DNA from: Akkermansiaceae bacterium
GTDB taxonomy: Bacteria > Verrucomicrobiota > Verrucomicrobiia > Verrucomicrobiales > Akkermansiaceae
DNA: 38,256 nucleotides
NCBI GenBank assembly: GCA_023301645.1
Contig: JALZUH010000063.1
Location: 1-38,256, forward strand
Reading direction: 5' to 3'
The notes beneath the pieces were generated by a model, which saw only the letters and a program-made list of their open reading frames with translations, searched no databases and was not told the DNA's origin. This document shows, piece after piece, positions 10,202 through 19,869 of this stretch (its first letter is position 1; every line of letters starts with the position of its first letter). The translations under genes were made by a program, and so were the position numbers.

Positions 10202-10538
10202 TCATAGAGCAAAGGTCAAAATACATCTCAGAAATAATAGTTTCATCCACAGCCTGCTCAATTACTCTAACGTTTCGCCATTGTAAGCATCCTAACAAGA
10301 CTCTGCAAAAAGACCTAACTAAGCACCCACCATCCTACCCAGCCTCCCCACATAACGCACTGCGCATCGACGCAGTTTAAGACGCGGGAAAAGAAGTCCT
10401 AGGCGCGAGCTGTAACGTCCACTACGGCAAGCACAAAGTAGAAGGCACAAGATCTGTCATAGAATCAGCCCACAAAAACCAAGACGGCTGCTACCAAGCA
10501 GCAGACCTGCTTAAAGTATACCCGAACTAACTAAAAAA

Positions 10539-11453
10539 CTACCACTCCCAAGGCTTCATCTTCGGATGTTTAAACACGAAGCCGTGAGCCTCTAGCTTAG
10601 TCGGCAATACCCACATCCCCCTCAAGATCAGCTCAGCCTCGGTGCGCAGCACAAAGGCACCAATCTTGACCATCCAAGCCGCGGCTGGCAGGCCAAATGG
10701 ACGATGGAACGTCTTACAGAAAAGTCTCATCATCTCAGTATTGGTCACCGGCTCAGGTGCTGACATATTCACCGCACCACTCACCTCAGGCTTATCGATC
10801 ATCCACTCGATAGCGCGGCAGTAGTCCTCGATAAAGATCCAGCTCACCATTTGCTTTCCACTAGCCAGCTTCCCCCCTAGGAAAAGCTTCGAGAGCTTCA
10901 CCAGATAATCCGTCGCTATCCCCGGCTCATTGAGCGCCATCACCAGCGTTGTGCGCAGCGCGATACGGCGCACACTTGCTGGAATTTCGGCCTTGTAGAA
11001 CGCCTCCTCCCAGAGAACGGCAACATCAGCCATGAAGTCATCGCCCAACTCGCCGTTTTCATCCTGAGGTGCGGTATCGATATGCTTATAAATAGACACC
11101 CCGCTCGCATTCATCCAGACAGCGGGAGGATTCTCACACGCCGCGATAGCCTCACCGAGCACCCGCGTCGTATTCACCCGCGAGCTAATGATGCGCTTCT
11201 TATTTTCAGCATTATGCCGACAGCTCACTGAGCTACCCGCCATATTAACCAACAGATCACAGCCATCTAGCTCCTTCACCCAATCGCCTAGCGTTTCACC
11301 ATCCCAGTGGGCATACTCACAGGCATCATCGAGCCCCTCAGTGCGGCGAGCCAACCCCACCACCTGCCAGCCCAGCGCGGCAAAGTGCCTCGTTATATAG
11401 CGAGCGATAAATCCATTAGCACCAGCAATGACGATTTTTTTCATAGGTTTCAT
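10539..11453 (-). CDS. TIGR01777-family NAD(P)-dependent epimerase/oxidoreductase (YfcH-like), copy 2
   Basis: IAGANGF, VNMAG, SRVNTT, SGKQMVSWI, NMSAPEPVTN and WVLPTKLEAHGFVF motifs. Confidence 0.9.
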   Translation of the reverse strand: MKPMKKIVIAGANGFIARYITRHFAALGWQVVGLARRTEGLDDACEYAHWDGETLGDWVKELDGCDLLVNMAGSSVSCRHNAENKKRIISSRVNTTRVLGEAIAACENPPAVWMNASGVSIYKHIDTAPQDENGELGDDFMADVAVLWEEAFYKAEIPASVRRIALRTTLVMALNEPGIATDYLVKLSKLFLGGKLASGKQMVSWIFIEDYCRAIEWMIDKPEVSGAVNMSAPEPVTNTEMMRLFCKTFHRPFGLPAAAWMVKIGAFVLRTEAELILRGMWVLPTKLEAHGFVFKHPKMKPWEW

Positions 11454-11515
11454 AGATTATTCATTATTAGCCAAAACACGCAACATCGCAAGCCACAGAT
11501 CATCTATCTAAGCAT

Positions 11516-12436
11516 TTATGACCAAAGCTCCTGTAGCCACGCGGCAGGATTAAACTCAGGGTGTTTAAAAACAAAGCCATGACTCTGCAGGCGAGTTGGC
11601 ACCACCCAGCGACTCTTCAGCACAAGTTCAGCCTCCGTGTTTAGCACAAAGGCACCCACCTCAGCCATCCACTTCGTAGCGGGAAGCCCCAGTGGCATGC
11701 CCGCCGCTTCACGGAAATGACGCATCAGCTCGGCATTGGTCAATGGGTCTGGTGCAGTAAGATTTACAGTGCCATCGATCTCAGGATGATTGACTAGCCA
11801 CTCAATACTACGACATAAATCCTCAGCATGTATCCAGCTCACCATCTGCTGACCACTCCCCACCTTACCACCAAGTCCGCACTTCGCGAGGGACAGTAAG
11901 TAGTCAAATACCGTGCCTTTCTCATCAGCCATCACCATCGCTGTGCGCAAGGCCACCTTACGAACGCCCGCAGGAGTATCCGCCTCGAAAAATGCCCGCT
12001 CCCACGCCTTAGCTATCTCCACAGAAAAGCCCCTCCCAATCTCCCCCTCATCACCCTGAGGTCGATCCTCGGCATGTCGGTAAATCGTCGCCGTGCTAGA
12101 ATTTAACCAGACCTCAGGGGGCTGAGCACACTGGCGCACTGCCTCAGCGAGTAATTTCGTGCTCTCGACGCGAGAGTTCATCATCTCAGCCTTATTCTTA
12201 GTAGTATAGCGACAGTTCACACTCCTCCCCACGAGATTAATGAGCGCGTCAGCACCATCGACCTCAGCAGCCCACGCCTGCAGGCTCTCACCATCCCAGT
12301 GAACATACCGACACCCCTTATCCATCCCCTCCTCACGGCGAGCCAGCCCTACGACCTCCCAGCCCAGAGCCAAGAAGTGCCTAGTGATGTAGCGTGCCAT
12401 AAAGCCGTTAGCCCCTGCGATGATGAGTTTTTTCAT
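11516..12436 (-). CDS. TIGR01777-family NAD(P)-dependent epimerase/oxidoreductase, copy 1
   Basis: Start at ATG 12436 (MKKLIIAGANGF). INLVGRSVNCRY, WLNSSTATIYRH and GSGQQMVSWIH motifs. Confidence 0.92.
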   Translation of the reverse strand: MKKLIIAGANGFMARYITRHFLALGWEVVGLARREEGMDKGCRYVHWDGESLQAWAAEVDGADALINLVGRSVNCRYTTKNKAEMMNSRVESTKLLAEAVRQCAQPPEVWLNSSTATIYRHAEDRPQGDEGEIGRGFSVEIAKAWERAFFEADTPAGVRKVALRTAMVMADEKGTVFDYLLSLAKCGLGGKVGSGQQMVSWIHAEDLCRSIEWLVNHPEIDGTVNLTAPDPLTNAELMRHFREAAGMPLGLPATKWMAEVGAFVLNTEAELVLKSRWVVPTRLQSHGFVFKHPEFNPAAWLQELWS

Positions 12437-12464
12437 AATGATTGATTCATTAACGTTCGCTGAT

Positions 12465-12866
12465 CTACACCTTGCTCTTTTCAAATACCTCTCTCTTCTG
12501 AAGTCTTGGCTCGTAGCTTCTTGCTTCGCCCCTCTTACCTAGCTGGCTAAAGACCCAGATATTAAAGAAATGCATCAAACCGAGCAGTAACATCACCGTG
12601 CCGAGCTTACCACTCAGCACATCAAAGACCCCATTAAGATTCTCCACAGGGCGATCAACTCTGAGATAAAGGGTCACAAAGCCCAAGTTAACCAGATAAA
12701 ATCCCACTACTAATAAGTGATTGATACTATCGGTGAGACTCTCGTTCTCTTTGAAATTATGTAGCAAAAAGATGCGACCGTTTTTGTGCAGAGTCCTTGC
12801 CACCCAAATAGTAAGAGGTATAGCAACACAGAGATAGGCGATATAAGTAATAATGGTATAGTTCAT
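12465..12866 (-). CDS. Conserved 3-TM membrane protein of unknown function
   Basis: Start at ATG 12866 (MNYTIITY). Three hydrophobic segments; LHKNGRIFL, SINHLLVVGFYLVNLG and LGLMHFFN look like conserved motifs. Confidence 0.8.
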   Translation of the reverse strand: MNYTIITYIAYLCVAIPLTIWVARTLHKNGRIFLLHNFKENESLTDSINHLLVVGFYLVNLGFVTLYLRVDRPVENLNGVFDVLSGKLGTVMLLLGLMHFFNIWVFSQLGKRGEARSYEPRLQKREVFEKSKV

Positions 12867-12962
12867 AATAGTAGATAAGTTGGTATGTTGAAGATTAAAT
12901 GATTCCCACGAGCTCATAGAGATCCAGACTGAGCCAGCCTCTATAAAAAATCGTCTTGGCGT

Positions 12963-13472
12963 CTAAAAAAGACCATCAGGAATGTAGCAGCTTTTGCTAA
13001 GGCGCTGCTTTTTGGCAGGCTCGTTACTTGGTATTTGGTGCAGTAGCCTCGCGACCTCATCGTCTTTTTTACGGAAGAAGATCCTGCTTAGCTGATGCCG
13101 TCTTGCCGCCAGCGCGTGGCAGGTTTTCTGAGCGAAGGGCAACAGCACAGGACTCGCCAAGCGATGAGCCATCTTCTGATACTTCTTACAGCTCAGTAAG
13201 CAAAGCACCCAGCCCTCAGCAGCTCGATACAGATCGCCTTGATGAGTTCTCACAATCATCTCGCGATCAGGCTCAAGCCCACTCACTCCTGCAAACCACT
13301 CCTCCGCCTGAGGATTCTGGTAAGCGATAAAGCGAACCTCATACGCCCGCTCTTGAGCATTCACCCACTCGTGAAAGGTGCAGCACATGCCGCAGCGACC
13401 ATCGTAGTAAACCTCGATGTATTGGATGTTGTTAGGTATTTTCATTGGTTTATGGTTTAATTGTAGGTTCAT
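12963..13472 (-). CDS. DCC1-like thiol-disulfide oxidoreductase family protein (DUF393)
   Basis: N-terminal DxxCxxC motif (VYYDGRCGMCC). Alternative start at 13445. Confidence 0.85.
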   Translation of the reverse strand: MNLQLNHKPMKIPNNIQYIEVYYDGRCGMCCTFHEWVNAQERAYEVRFIAYQNPQAEEWFAGVSGLEPDREMIVRTHQGDLYRAAEGWVLCLLSCKKYQKMAHRLASPVLLPFAQKTCHALAARRHQLSRIFFRKKDDEVARLLHQIPSNEPAKKQRLSKSCYIPDGLF

Positions 13473-13506
13473 TTTGTTTTTGTTTTTTGTTCTGAAAGAA
13501 CTTTAT

Positions 13507-13524
13507 TTTCAGTAAATATTGAAA
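13507..13524. promoter_or_regulatory. Palindromic operator TTTCAGTA-AA-TATTGAAA (probable GbsR-family site)
   Basis: 18-bp inverted repeat with one mismatch, 35 bp upstream of the DCC1 start. Same motif recurs at 14182 and 14222. Confidence 0.75.
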
Positions 13525-13602
13525 GATTGTGGTAAATAAAGGGAACATCGTTATAAATGGTGTGTGATCGAAGGATGAAATGCCGACTGAAAGAACTCAG
13601 GA

Positions 13603-14178
13603 CTAGCCCAGTATTTTCGACGCGAGCTTCATCGCGGGTCCGTAGGAAAGCTTACCTACTTTACCTCCGATATTACGGGCAAAGCCGACAAACTGCTCTA
13701 GCTCCTTAATTTGGTCTCGAAAGGCATCAGCTTGAGCACCTTTGAGATCCTTCGTGTTCTCGTGGCAGTCCTTCAGCAAGCTAAGAGCAGGATCGATCTC
13801 ACGGCGCTGACGCTCGCGCAGAATAATGGTGAAAATCTTCCACACATCCTTCTCAGCCTCGAAGAACTCCTTGCGCTCACCACGTTTACTAATGATACGG
13901 ACTAGCCCCCAGCCTACGAGCTCCTTCAGATTGGTGTGAGCATTACCGCGACTAATAGCGAGCTTCTCCATCACCTCATCGGTGCTAAGAGCATCCACAC
14001 CGGTCATCAGCAGTGCATGAATCTGAGCCATCGTGCGGTTAATCCCCCACTGACCGCCAAATGCGCCCCACTGAGAAATAAAATTATCTCTCACCTCTTC
14101 AAGCGTTTGGTTATCTGGATTTTGGTTATCCAGTATTGGTTGATCAGCATTGGCTGCATCGTTAGCTAAGTCATTCAT
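13603..14178 (-). CDS. GbsR/MarR-family transcriptional regulator
   Basis: FISQWGAFGGQWGINRTMAQIHALL and ISRGNAHTNLKELVGWGLV...GERKEFFEAEKDVW. Start taken at ATG 14178. Confidence 0.9.
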   Translation of the reverse strand: MNDLANDAANADQPILDNQNPDNQTLEEVRDNFISQWGAFGGQWGINRTMAQIHALLMTGVDALSTDEVMEKLAISRGNAHTNLKELVGWGLVRIISKRGERKEFFEAEKDVWKIFTIILRERQRREIDPALSLLKDCHENTKDLKGAQADAFRDQIKELEQFVGFARNIGGKVGKLSYGPAMKLASKILG

Positions 14179-14181
14179 CTC

Positions 14182-14239
14182 TTTCAGTATTTTCTGAAAA
14201 CATCTAAATAGCAAGATTTAATTTCACTTTTGACTGAAA
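14182..14239 (-). promoter_or_regulatory. Regulator promoter with two palindromic operators (14182-14199, 14222-14239)
   Basis: TTTCAGTATTTTCTGAAA and TTTCACTTTTGACTGAAA. On the minus strand TTGCTA(14214-14209)-17 nt-AATACT(14191-14186) overlaps the first site. Confidence 0.72.
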
Positions 14240-14368
14240 GTTGTGGCGTGCACCGTGTAGCAGAGCGATATTTGAAACATCCATTAGTCACTAATCACAT
14301 AGCTCATTCGTTATTGAATTTTCTATTTCGCCCTTTCTTTATCACCACTCAGGCCATATATAAGCAGC

Positions 14369-14743
14369 ATGTCCGACGCAATTATCGCCGAAAAATACCC
14401 AGACGCTATCACCACAGCATCTGGCCTCAAATACGTAGTCACTGAGCCAGGAACAGGCACAGAAAAGCCAAGTAAAGGCCAGTCCGTCACAGCCCACTAC
14501 TCTGGCTACCTACTCGACGGCTCGAAGTTCGACAGCTCAGTCGATCGTAACCAACCCTTCATCTTCAATGTAGGCGCTGGTATGGTGATCAAAGGCTGGG
14601 ACGAAGCCTTCGCAGACATGACCAAGGGCGAAAAGCGCACTCTCATCCTCCCACCAGAGATCGCCTACGGAGCACAAGGCTACCCGCCAGTGATTCCAGC
14701 AAGTGCCACACTCATCTTCGAGGTTGAGCTCATTGACTTCTAG
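14369..14743 (+). CDS. FKBP-type peptidyl-prolyl cis-trans isomerase
   Basis: HYSGYLLDGSKFDSS, VIKGWDE and IPASATLIFEVEL motifs. Confidence 0.96.
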   Translation: MSDAIIAEKYPDAITTASGLKYVVTEPGTGTEKPSKGQSVTAHYSGYLLDGSKFDSSVDRNQPFIFNVGAGMVIKGWDEAFADMTKGEKRTLILPPEIAYGAQGYPPVIPASATLIFEVELIDF

Positions 14744-14790
14744 TCATACTGATTTCAATCATCAGCAACACTCTTTAGAAATAACGTAAC

Positions 14791-14828
14791 AAAAAGCCCC
14801 CGTGACCATTGTCATGGGGGGCTTTTTT
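14791..14828. terminator. Bidirectional intrinsic terminator
   Basis: AAAAAGCCCCCGTGAC-catt-GTCATGGGGGGCTTTTTT between convergent genes. Confidence 0.88.
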
Positions 14829-14924
14829 ATGAGGGGGTGAGTTTGTTACAAGGCGACTCCAGAAGCTATCTATACAGCTTGAAATACAGCACCTCAGTCA
14901 TACGAGCTAGCTACTCTAAGTTTA

Positions 14925-15743
14925 CTACTTTGGTAGAGCTTGCCACATTTTAATATTACGGTATTTGGCAGGGCCGCCATCGACGCGAAGACCTAAGCGC
15001 TTCGGCTTATCTTTCCATATATTATCAATACTTGAGGCGTGGCCGCCATTAGAGCTCACTGATATTTGATTACCCAGCATCTCAATGGTAACACGCTGCC
15101 ACTCATCTCTTTTTAACGGCGTCTTAACGCTATTAAAACGCTTCTTGATAGACGGGCTTTTCACACGGTGTAATGCCTGACCACCAAAGCCTCCCGCTGA
15201 AAAGTTGATCAAACCAAGCTTCTTAGGCTTATCATCAATGGTAAAACCAACAACCTTCGCCTCTAAGAGTTGAATCTCACATTCGATAATCACATCTACA
15301 GGCTTCGGATTACTAATCACCATATGCCCCTTGTGACCTTTTCCAGTCTGCGATGCGACCACCGCGTTATCCACACATTTCCAATTGCCACTTGAGACTC
15401 TCCAACCATTGGTATTTTTGAAATTCGTTTCGTATAAAAGTTTCCCCTTCTTCGAGATTTTCAGAGCCTCAGCATCATGAGCTATCGCCTCTTGTTTACT
15501 TTTTTCAACAGCCCATGTCTTGAGATAAGCTTGGTCATCAGCACTCAGCGACTCCACCTCGAGATCGTATGATCTACCTAATCTAATAATAGTAGCTACA
15601 CCGTTCTCTACCTGCTTTATTTTAGCCTCTATGGTGCGGCCATCTTGACTCGTCCATGTGCGGACCTCCTCTGCTTCAGCAAGCTGTGCAAATTGACACA
15701 AAACAATGCCAGCCAAAGTAAAGCCTCTAACTATATTCAACAT
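14925..15743 (-). CDS. Secreted protein: SHD1-like domain plus DUF1080/concanavalin-like beta-sandwich
   Basis: Signal peptide (…QLAEA), RTWTSQDGRTIEAK…LSADDQAYL (SHD1-like), then GNWKCVD…EWQRVTIE…YRNIKMW. Confidence 0.7.
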   Translation of the reverse strand: MLNIVRGFTLAGIVLCQFAQLAEAEEVRTWTSQDGRTIEAKIKQVENGVATIIRLGRSYDLEVESLSADDQAYLKTWAVEKSKQEAIAHDAEALKISKKGKLLYETNFKNTNGWRVSSGNWKCVDNAVVASQTGKGHKGHMVISNPKPVDVIIECEIQLLEAKVVGFTIDDKPKKLGLINFSAGGFGGQALHRVKSPSIKKRFNSVKTPLKRDEWQRVTIEMLGNQISVSSNGGHASSIDNIWKDKPKRLGLRVDGGPAKYRNIKMWQALPK

Positions 15744-16022
15744 AAAATGTATAATAACCACCCCACTTCATAGAGCAACCCTTTAAGCTGCATGTAACGG
15801 TAAAATATCCCCTACAATCTCTCACCTACTTCACAACAACACCAAAAAGTAATAACGACAGCCCGCCACCTTTTTTATAATCAAGTAGCACAGCGTGTTT
15901 TCATGCGTCTTTTTTGACGATCATGGTGAAATCTTCACGAATCGATCTAGACAATTGCGCTCTAGAATCATACCACCACATGCACACCACCTTGGTATCC
16001 TCTTTTTCCATTTCAAAACATC

Positions 16023-18602
16023 ATGTCAGACCAACGCAAACCTTTCCCCTTCGCAGAATTTGAGCCCAAATGGCAGCAATACTGGGATAAGCACGACACC
16101 TTCCACACAGCCAACCCCGGGGATGCAGACTTCGACGCCAGCCGCCCGAAATATTTCATTCTCGATATGTTCCCCTACCCATCAGGTGCGGGACTTCACG
16201 TAGGCCACCCAGAAGGATACACAGCCACTGACATCCTAGGTCGATTCAAGCGCATGAACCGCTACAACGTCCTACACCCAATGGGCTGGGACGCATTCGG
16301 CCTTCCTGCTGAGCAATACGCCATCAAGACTGGCCAGCATCCACGTATCACCACTGAGACCAATATCGATAACTTCCGCCGCCAGCTTAAGTCACTCGGC
16401 TTCGGCTATGACTGGAAGCGTGAGATCAATACCACTGACCCACAATACGTGCGCTGGACACAGTGGATCTTCCTACAGCTCTATAACTCTTACTACAATG
16501 AAGAGACCAAGAAAGCTGCCCCCGTCAGCGAGCTCGAAGAGCAAGGCTGGACTCGTGAGCAAATCGACGACGTCCGCCTCGCATTCATCCACGAAGCCCC
16601 TGTCAACTGGTCACCTGATCTTGGCACCGTCCTCGCCAATGAAGAAGTCGAAGAGTGGAAAGCCAAAGGCCACAGTGTCGAGCGTCGTCCGCTACGCCAG
16701 TGGATGCTACGTATCACCAGCTACGCCCAGCGCCTCATCGACGAGCTCGACGACCTCGACTGGCCAGAGTCCATCAAGCTACTTCAGAAAAACTGGATTG
16801 GTAAATCCGTAGGTGCAGAAGTCACATTCGACATCGCGGGTAATGACATCAATGTCTTCACCACACGCCCTGACACCCTCTTTGGTGCCACCTACATGGT
16901 GCTCGCCCCTGAGCACAGCCTTGTTTCTGAAATCACCACACCCGAGCAAAAAGACGCCATCGAAGCCTACATCAAAGCATGTGCTAGCAAGTCGGATCTG
17001 GAGCGAGGTGACCTCAATAAAAACAAATCAGGCATCTTCACAGGTGCCACTGCCACCAACCCCATCAACGGTGAGCAAATCCCAGTCTGGATCGCTGACT
17101 ACGTCATGATGGGCTACGGCACAGGAGCCATCATGGCAGTGCCAGGCCACGACGAGCGCGACTTTGAATTCGCAGAAAAGTTCGACCTCCCTATTAAGCA
17201 AGTTGTCGAGCCGAAGGAAGGGGCCGACTGGAAAGGCTTCACTGGTAATGGCACAGCCATTAACTCCGGCCTCCTCGACGGCATGAAGACCAAGGACGCT
17301 AAGCGCGCCGCCATCAAATGGCTTATTGATAATAACAAAGGCGAAGCCAAGGTTAACTTCAAGCTCCGCGACTGGCTCTTCTCACGCCAGCGCTACTGGG
17401 GTGAGCCATTCCCTATCCTCTGGGAAAATGGCGAGCACCAAGCCGTTCCAGATTCCGAGCTCCCCGTGCTCCAGCCAGACATGGATGACTTTAAGCCAAC
17501 AGGCTCACCAAAAGGCCCGCTTGCCAAAGCCACCGACTGGATTAACTACTCCGAAACCGCCAAGCGCGAAACCAACACCATGCCACAATGGGCAGGATCA
17601 TGCTGGTATTACATGCGCTACTGCGACCCTAATAACACCGATCGATTTGTCTCCAAAGAAGCAGAAGAATACTGGAGTGGCAGTGCCCAAGAAGACGCTA
17701 CCTCAGGTATGGTCGACCTCTACGTAGGTGGCACCGAGCACGCCGTGCTCCACCTCCTCTACGCACGATTCTGGCACAAGGTCCTCCACGACCTCGGCCA
17801 CGTCACCACCAAGGAACCCTTCCAGAAACTCGTCAACCAAGGCCTCATCCTCGGTGAAGACGGCGCAAAAATGTCCAAATCCATCGGCAATGTCGTCAAC
17901 CCTGATGACGTCGTCGAAGAATACGGTGCAGACGCACTCCGACTCTACGAAATGTTCATGGGCCCACTTGAGCAGGTCAAGCCATGGCAAATGAAAGGTG
18001 TCGAAGGCGTATCTCGCTTCCTCGCCAAAGTCTGGAGACTCGCCTTCGAGCAGAACCAAGAAAACCAATGGGTGCTATCAAGCAAGCTCACCAATGACGA
18101 ACCTACTGACAAAGCCCTCCTCAAGGTCACTCACGAGACCATCAAAAAAGTCACCGAAGACATCGAAAGAATGTCCTTCAACACCGCCATTTCACAGATG
18201 ATGATCTGTGCGAATGCCTTTGGCAAAGCAGAGCAGCTCCCCGCCACCCTGCTGCGCGACCTACTCAAATGTCTTAACCCATTTGCCCCACACATCACCG
18301 AGGAAATCCACGAGCAGCTCATCGCTACCTACCCAAGTGCCAAGTGCAAGTTCGACTACATCCTATCTGATCGTAAGTGGCCTGAGTATAACGAAGAATT
18401 CCTCGTCGAAGACGAAGTAGAAATCGTCGTCCAGGTCAACGGCAAGCTACGTGGCAAAATCAAAGTCGCCAAAGACGCCTCAAAAGACGAAATCGAAGCC
18501 CTCGCGCAGAAAGACAGCAATGTCCTCCAGCACACCGAAGGTGTTACCATTCGTAAAATCATCGTCGTTCCTGGCCGCCTCGTCAACATCGTCGCAAACT
18601 AA
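16023..18602 (+). CDS. leuS: Leucine--tRNA ligase
   Basis: [14 protein letters not shown] (HIGH), FTTRPDT and [16 protein letters not shown] editing-domain motifs, and KMSKS. Confidence 0.98.
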   Translation: MSDQRKPFPFAEFEPKWQQYWDKHDTFHTANPGDADFDASRPKYFILDMFPYPSGAGLHVGHPEGYTATDILGRFKRMNRYNVLHPMGWDAFGLPAEQYAIKTGQHPRITTETNIDNFRRQLKSLGFGYDWKREINTTDPQYVRWTQWIFLQLYNSYYNEETKKAAPVSELEEQGWTREQIDDVRLAFIHEAPVNWSPDLGTVLANEEVEEWKAKGHSVERRPLRQWMLRITSYAQRLIDELDDLDWPESIKLLQKNWIGKSVGAEVTFDIAGNDINVFTTRPDTLFGATYMVLAPEHSLVSEITTPEQKDAIEAYIKACASKSDLERGDLNKNKSGIFTGATATNPINGEQIPVWIADYVMMGYGTGAIMAVPGHDERDFEFAEKFDLPIKQVVEPKEGADWKGFTGNGTAINSGLLDGMKTKDAKRAAIKWLIDNNKGEAKVNFKLRDWLFSRQRYWGEPFPILWENGEHQAVPDSELPVLQPDMDDFKPTGSPKGPLAKATDWINYSETAKRETNTMPQWAGSCWYYMRYCDPNNTDRFVSKEAEEYWSGSAQEDATSGMVDLYVGGTEHAVLHLLYARFWHKVLHDLGHVTTKEPFQKLVNQGLILGEDGAKMSKSIGNVVNPDDVVEEYGADALRLYEMFMGPLEQVKPWQMKGVEGVSRFLAKVWRLAFEQNQENQWVLSSKLTNDEPTDKALLKVTHETIKKVTEDIERMSFNTAISQMMICANAFGKAEQLPATLLRDLLKCLNPFAPHITEEIHEQLIATYPSAKCKFDYILSDRKWPEYNEEFLVEDEVEIVVQVNGKLRGKIKVAKDASKDEIEALAQKDSNVLQHTEGVTIRKIIVVPGRLVNIVAN

Positions 18603-18642
18603 GCCCTCCCATTTCCATAATCCACATACCACACTCACCATC

Positions 18643-18996
18643 ATGAAGGTTCTCAAAGTCAAATACGCCCTCTGGGCATCCGACTGGCAACGCTGCCTCT
18701 ACTTCTACCGCGACCTCTTCGACGGAGAAGTCACCCTCGAAATGGAAGTGTGGAGTGAAGTCATCATCCAAGGAGCCACCATCGGCATCCACGGCGGTGG
18801 TGAAGGCAAGCGCACATGGACAGGACTCAGCTTCCAAGTCGACGACCTTCGCGAAGGAATCGCCCGACTCAAAGAACTCGGCGGAGACCTCACCTCAGAG
18901 CCTAATGACACCCCAGAAGACCCACTCCACCTCGCCATGTGTATCGACCCTGTGGGTAATGAATTCATGATGACCTGCCCGCGCAAGAGATCATAA
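18643..18996 (+). CDS. VOC/glyoxalase/bleomycin-resistance family protein
   Basis: Start at ATG 18643. FYRDLF, LSFQVDDL…LKELGG and CIDPVGNEF motifs. Confidence 0.85.
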   Translation: MKVLKVKYALWASDWQRCLYFYRDLFDGEVTLEMEVWSEVIIQGATIGIHGGGEGKRTWTGLSFQVDDLREGIARLKELGGDLTSEPNDTPEDPLHLAMCIDPVGNEFMMTCPRKRS

Positions 18997-19044
18997 CCAC
19001 GTCTCTAGCACCCCATCTCTAAACAAGATAACCCTTTTAAAAAC

Positions 19045-19500
19045 ATGCCTTATAGAATTTGTAAAATGATCGAGGTCGAGAACGGCCACCTACTCTCCAA
19101 GCACCCTGACAAGTGCCGCTTCCCGCACGGGCACACCCGCAAAGTCGAGCTCGTCTTCGAAGCCGACAGTCTCGACGACCGAGAGATGATCTTCGACTTC
19201 AAGCTCATCGGCAGAATGATCGGTGACTTCCTCGAAACCTACGACCACGCCCTCTGCATGAATACCGCAGACCCCAAGTTTGACTTCTTCAAAGAAGCCT
19301 ACGGTGACCGCATCATCGGCTTTGAGAACGAAGACCCCACCACCGAAGTCATGGCGCGCACCATCTACAACCACACCAAGGCATCCCTCAGCAAATTCGT
19401 CACCACACCCGACGCAGAATACCCCGTGCGCGAATGTGTCAAAATCCACAAAATCCGCGTCTGGGAAACCACCTCATCATGGGCGGAATACAGTGAGTAA
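19045..19500 (+). CDS. queD: 6-carboxy-5,6,7,8-tetrahydropterin synthase (PTPS family)
   Basis: H-x-…C-RFPHGH zinc/catalytic motif, DH, PTTEVMA and RVWET. Confidence 0.88.
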   Translation: MPYRICKMIEVENGHLLSKHPDKCRFPHGHTRKVELVFEADSLDDREMIFDFKLIGRMIGDFLETYDHALCMNTADPKFDFFKEAYGDRIIGFENEDPTTEVMARTIYNHTKASLSKFVTTPDAEYPVRECVKIHKIRVWETTSSWAEYSE

Positions 19501-19527
19501 AGCCTTAACCTAGCTCTGCCTCCCCCC

Positions 19528-19857
19528 ATGCTACGCATTCTCTTTATATGTGCAAAAAACCAATGGCGTAGCCCCACCGCGGCCCACATTTTCAAAAATG
19601 ACCCACAGCTAGAAGTCCGCTCAGCCGGACTCAGTAAGCAAAGCCCCACCACCGTATCAGCAAAGCTCATCGAGTGGGCAGAAATCATCATGGTCATGGA
19701 GAAATCCCATGCCCAAAGAATCAGAGACAGCTACCAGCACCAGCTGCAGCTACCCGAGATCATCTCCCTAGACATCCCCGACGACTACCCCTTCATGGAC
19801 CCTGATCTCATCGAGCTCCTCAAGGACTCAGTAGCAGCTGCACTAGAGGCACACTAG
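19528..19857 (+). CDS. Low-molecular-weight protein tyrosine phosphatase-like protein
   Basis: Cx5RS P-loop LFICAKNQWRSPTA, RSAG, WAEIIMVME and LDIPDDY. Confidence 0.88.
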   Translation: MLRILFICAKNQWRSPTAAHIFKNDPQLEVRSAGLSKQSPTTVSAKLIEWAEIIMVMEKSHAQRIRDSYQHQLQLPEIISLDIPDDYPFMDPDLIELLKDSVAAALEAH

Positions 19858-19869
19858 CAGCGCACTCCC

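Noticed and set aside
14243-14262. TGGCGTG… as a sigma54 promoter for FKBP (also TTGGCAAA at 31239 before gltB)
   Set aside because: No TTGC -12 element at the required spacing in either case.
15895-16203. 102-aa ORF overlapping the leuS start, as a possible leader peptide
   Set aside because: No Leu-codon run, GTG start without support, and it runs out of frame deep into leuS.
16408-18589. Many alternative-frame and antisense ORFs inside leuS (similarly inside gltB, selA, acrB and the RRM gene)
   Set aside because: Shadow ORFs produced by strong C-ending codon bias. They are Ser/Thr/Pro-rich with no recognisable motifs and overlap well-supported genes.
18451-18642. N-terminal extension of the VOC ORF overlapping leuS
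   Set aside because: It is an off-frame read of the leuS 3' end. The VOC fold begins at ATG 18643.
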